This document shows, in pieces, positions 63,959 to 64,000 of a stretch of 64,000 bases of DNA (positions are counted from its first letter, which is position 1; the number at the start of each line of letters is the position of its first letter). The stretch lies in the NCBI GenBank assembly GCA_002269645.1, contig NIVC01000037.1, positions 1,178,001 to 1,242,000 of the forward strand. Reading direction: 5' to 3'. The notes under the pieces are model-generated. The model did not search any database. It was not told where the DNA came from and worked only from the letters and a program-made list of their open reading frames with translations. Position numbers and translations under genes: made by a program. This DNA comes from Macrostomum lignano. Its lineage: Eukaryota.

Positions 63959-64000
63959 CTGTTGGCGATGTACAGCTAAGTATTAGCCAGCTAATGAATG

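Overview
Eukaryotic (animal) genomic DNA with GC-rich exons, GT-AG introns and almost every intron filled by a different minisatellite or microsatellite. The style resembles the flatworm Macrostomum, which is my inference only. Genes: (i) an activin type II-like receptor kinase (+, 4 exons, 2813-7727); (ii) a 74-aa membrane microprotein (-, 10741-10965); (iii) a PDE8-type REC-PAS cAMP phosphodiesterase (-, about 17 exons, 13652-46171); (iv) an orphan Ser/Arg/Gly-rich intronless ORF (-, 54037-55380); (v) the 3' part of INTS3 (-, 57951-63958). The standout is a 5'-complete non-LTR retrotransposon (-, 1-2812, Ingi/I-group-like APE+RT) inserted antisense in the receptor's signal-peptide exon. Its 5' end folds into an HDV-like self-cleaving ribozyme that contains the start AUG. 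It encodes a 71-aa leader ending in the exact ubiquitin C-terminus VLRLRGG, where related elements carry a 2A peptide. Its APE endonuclease carries a ~140-aa Cys-rich insertion. Most long ORFs in the supplied track are artefacts of tandem repeats.
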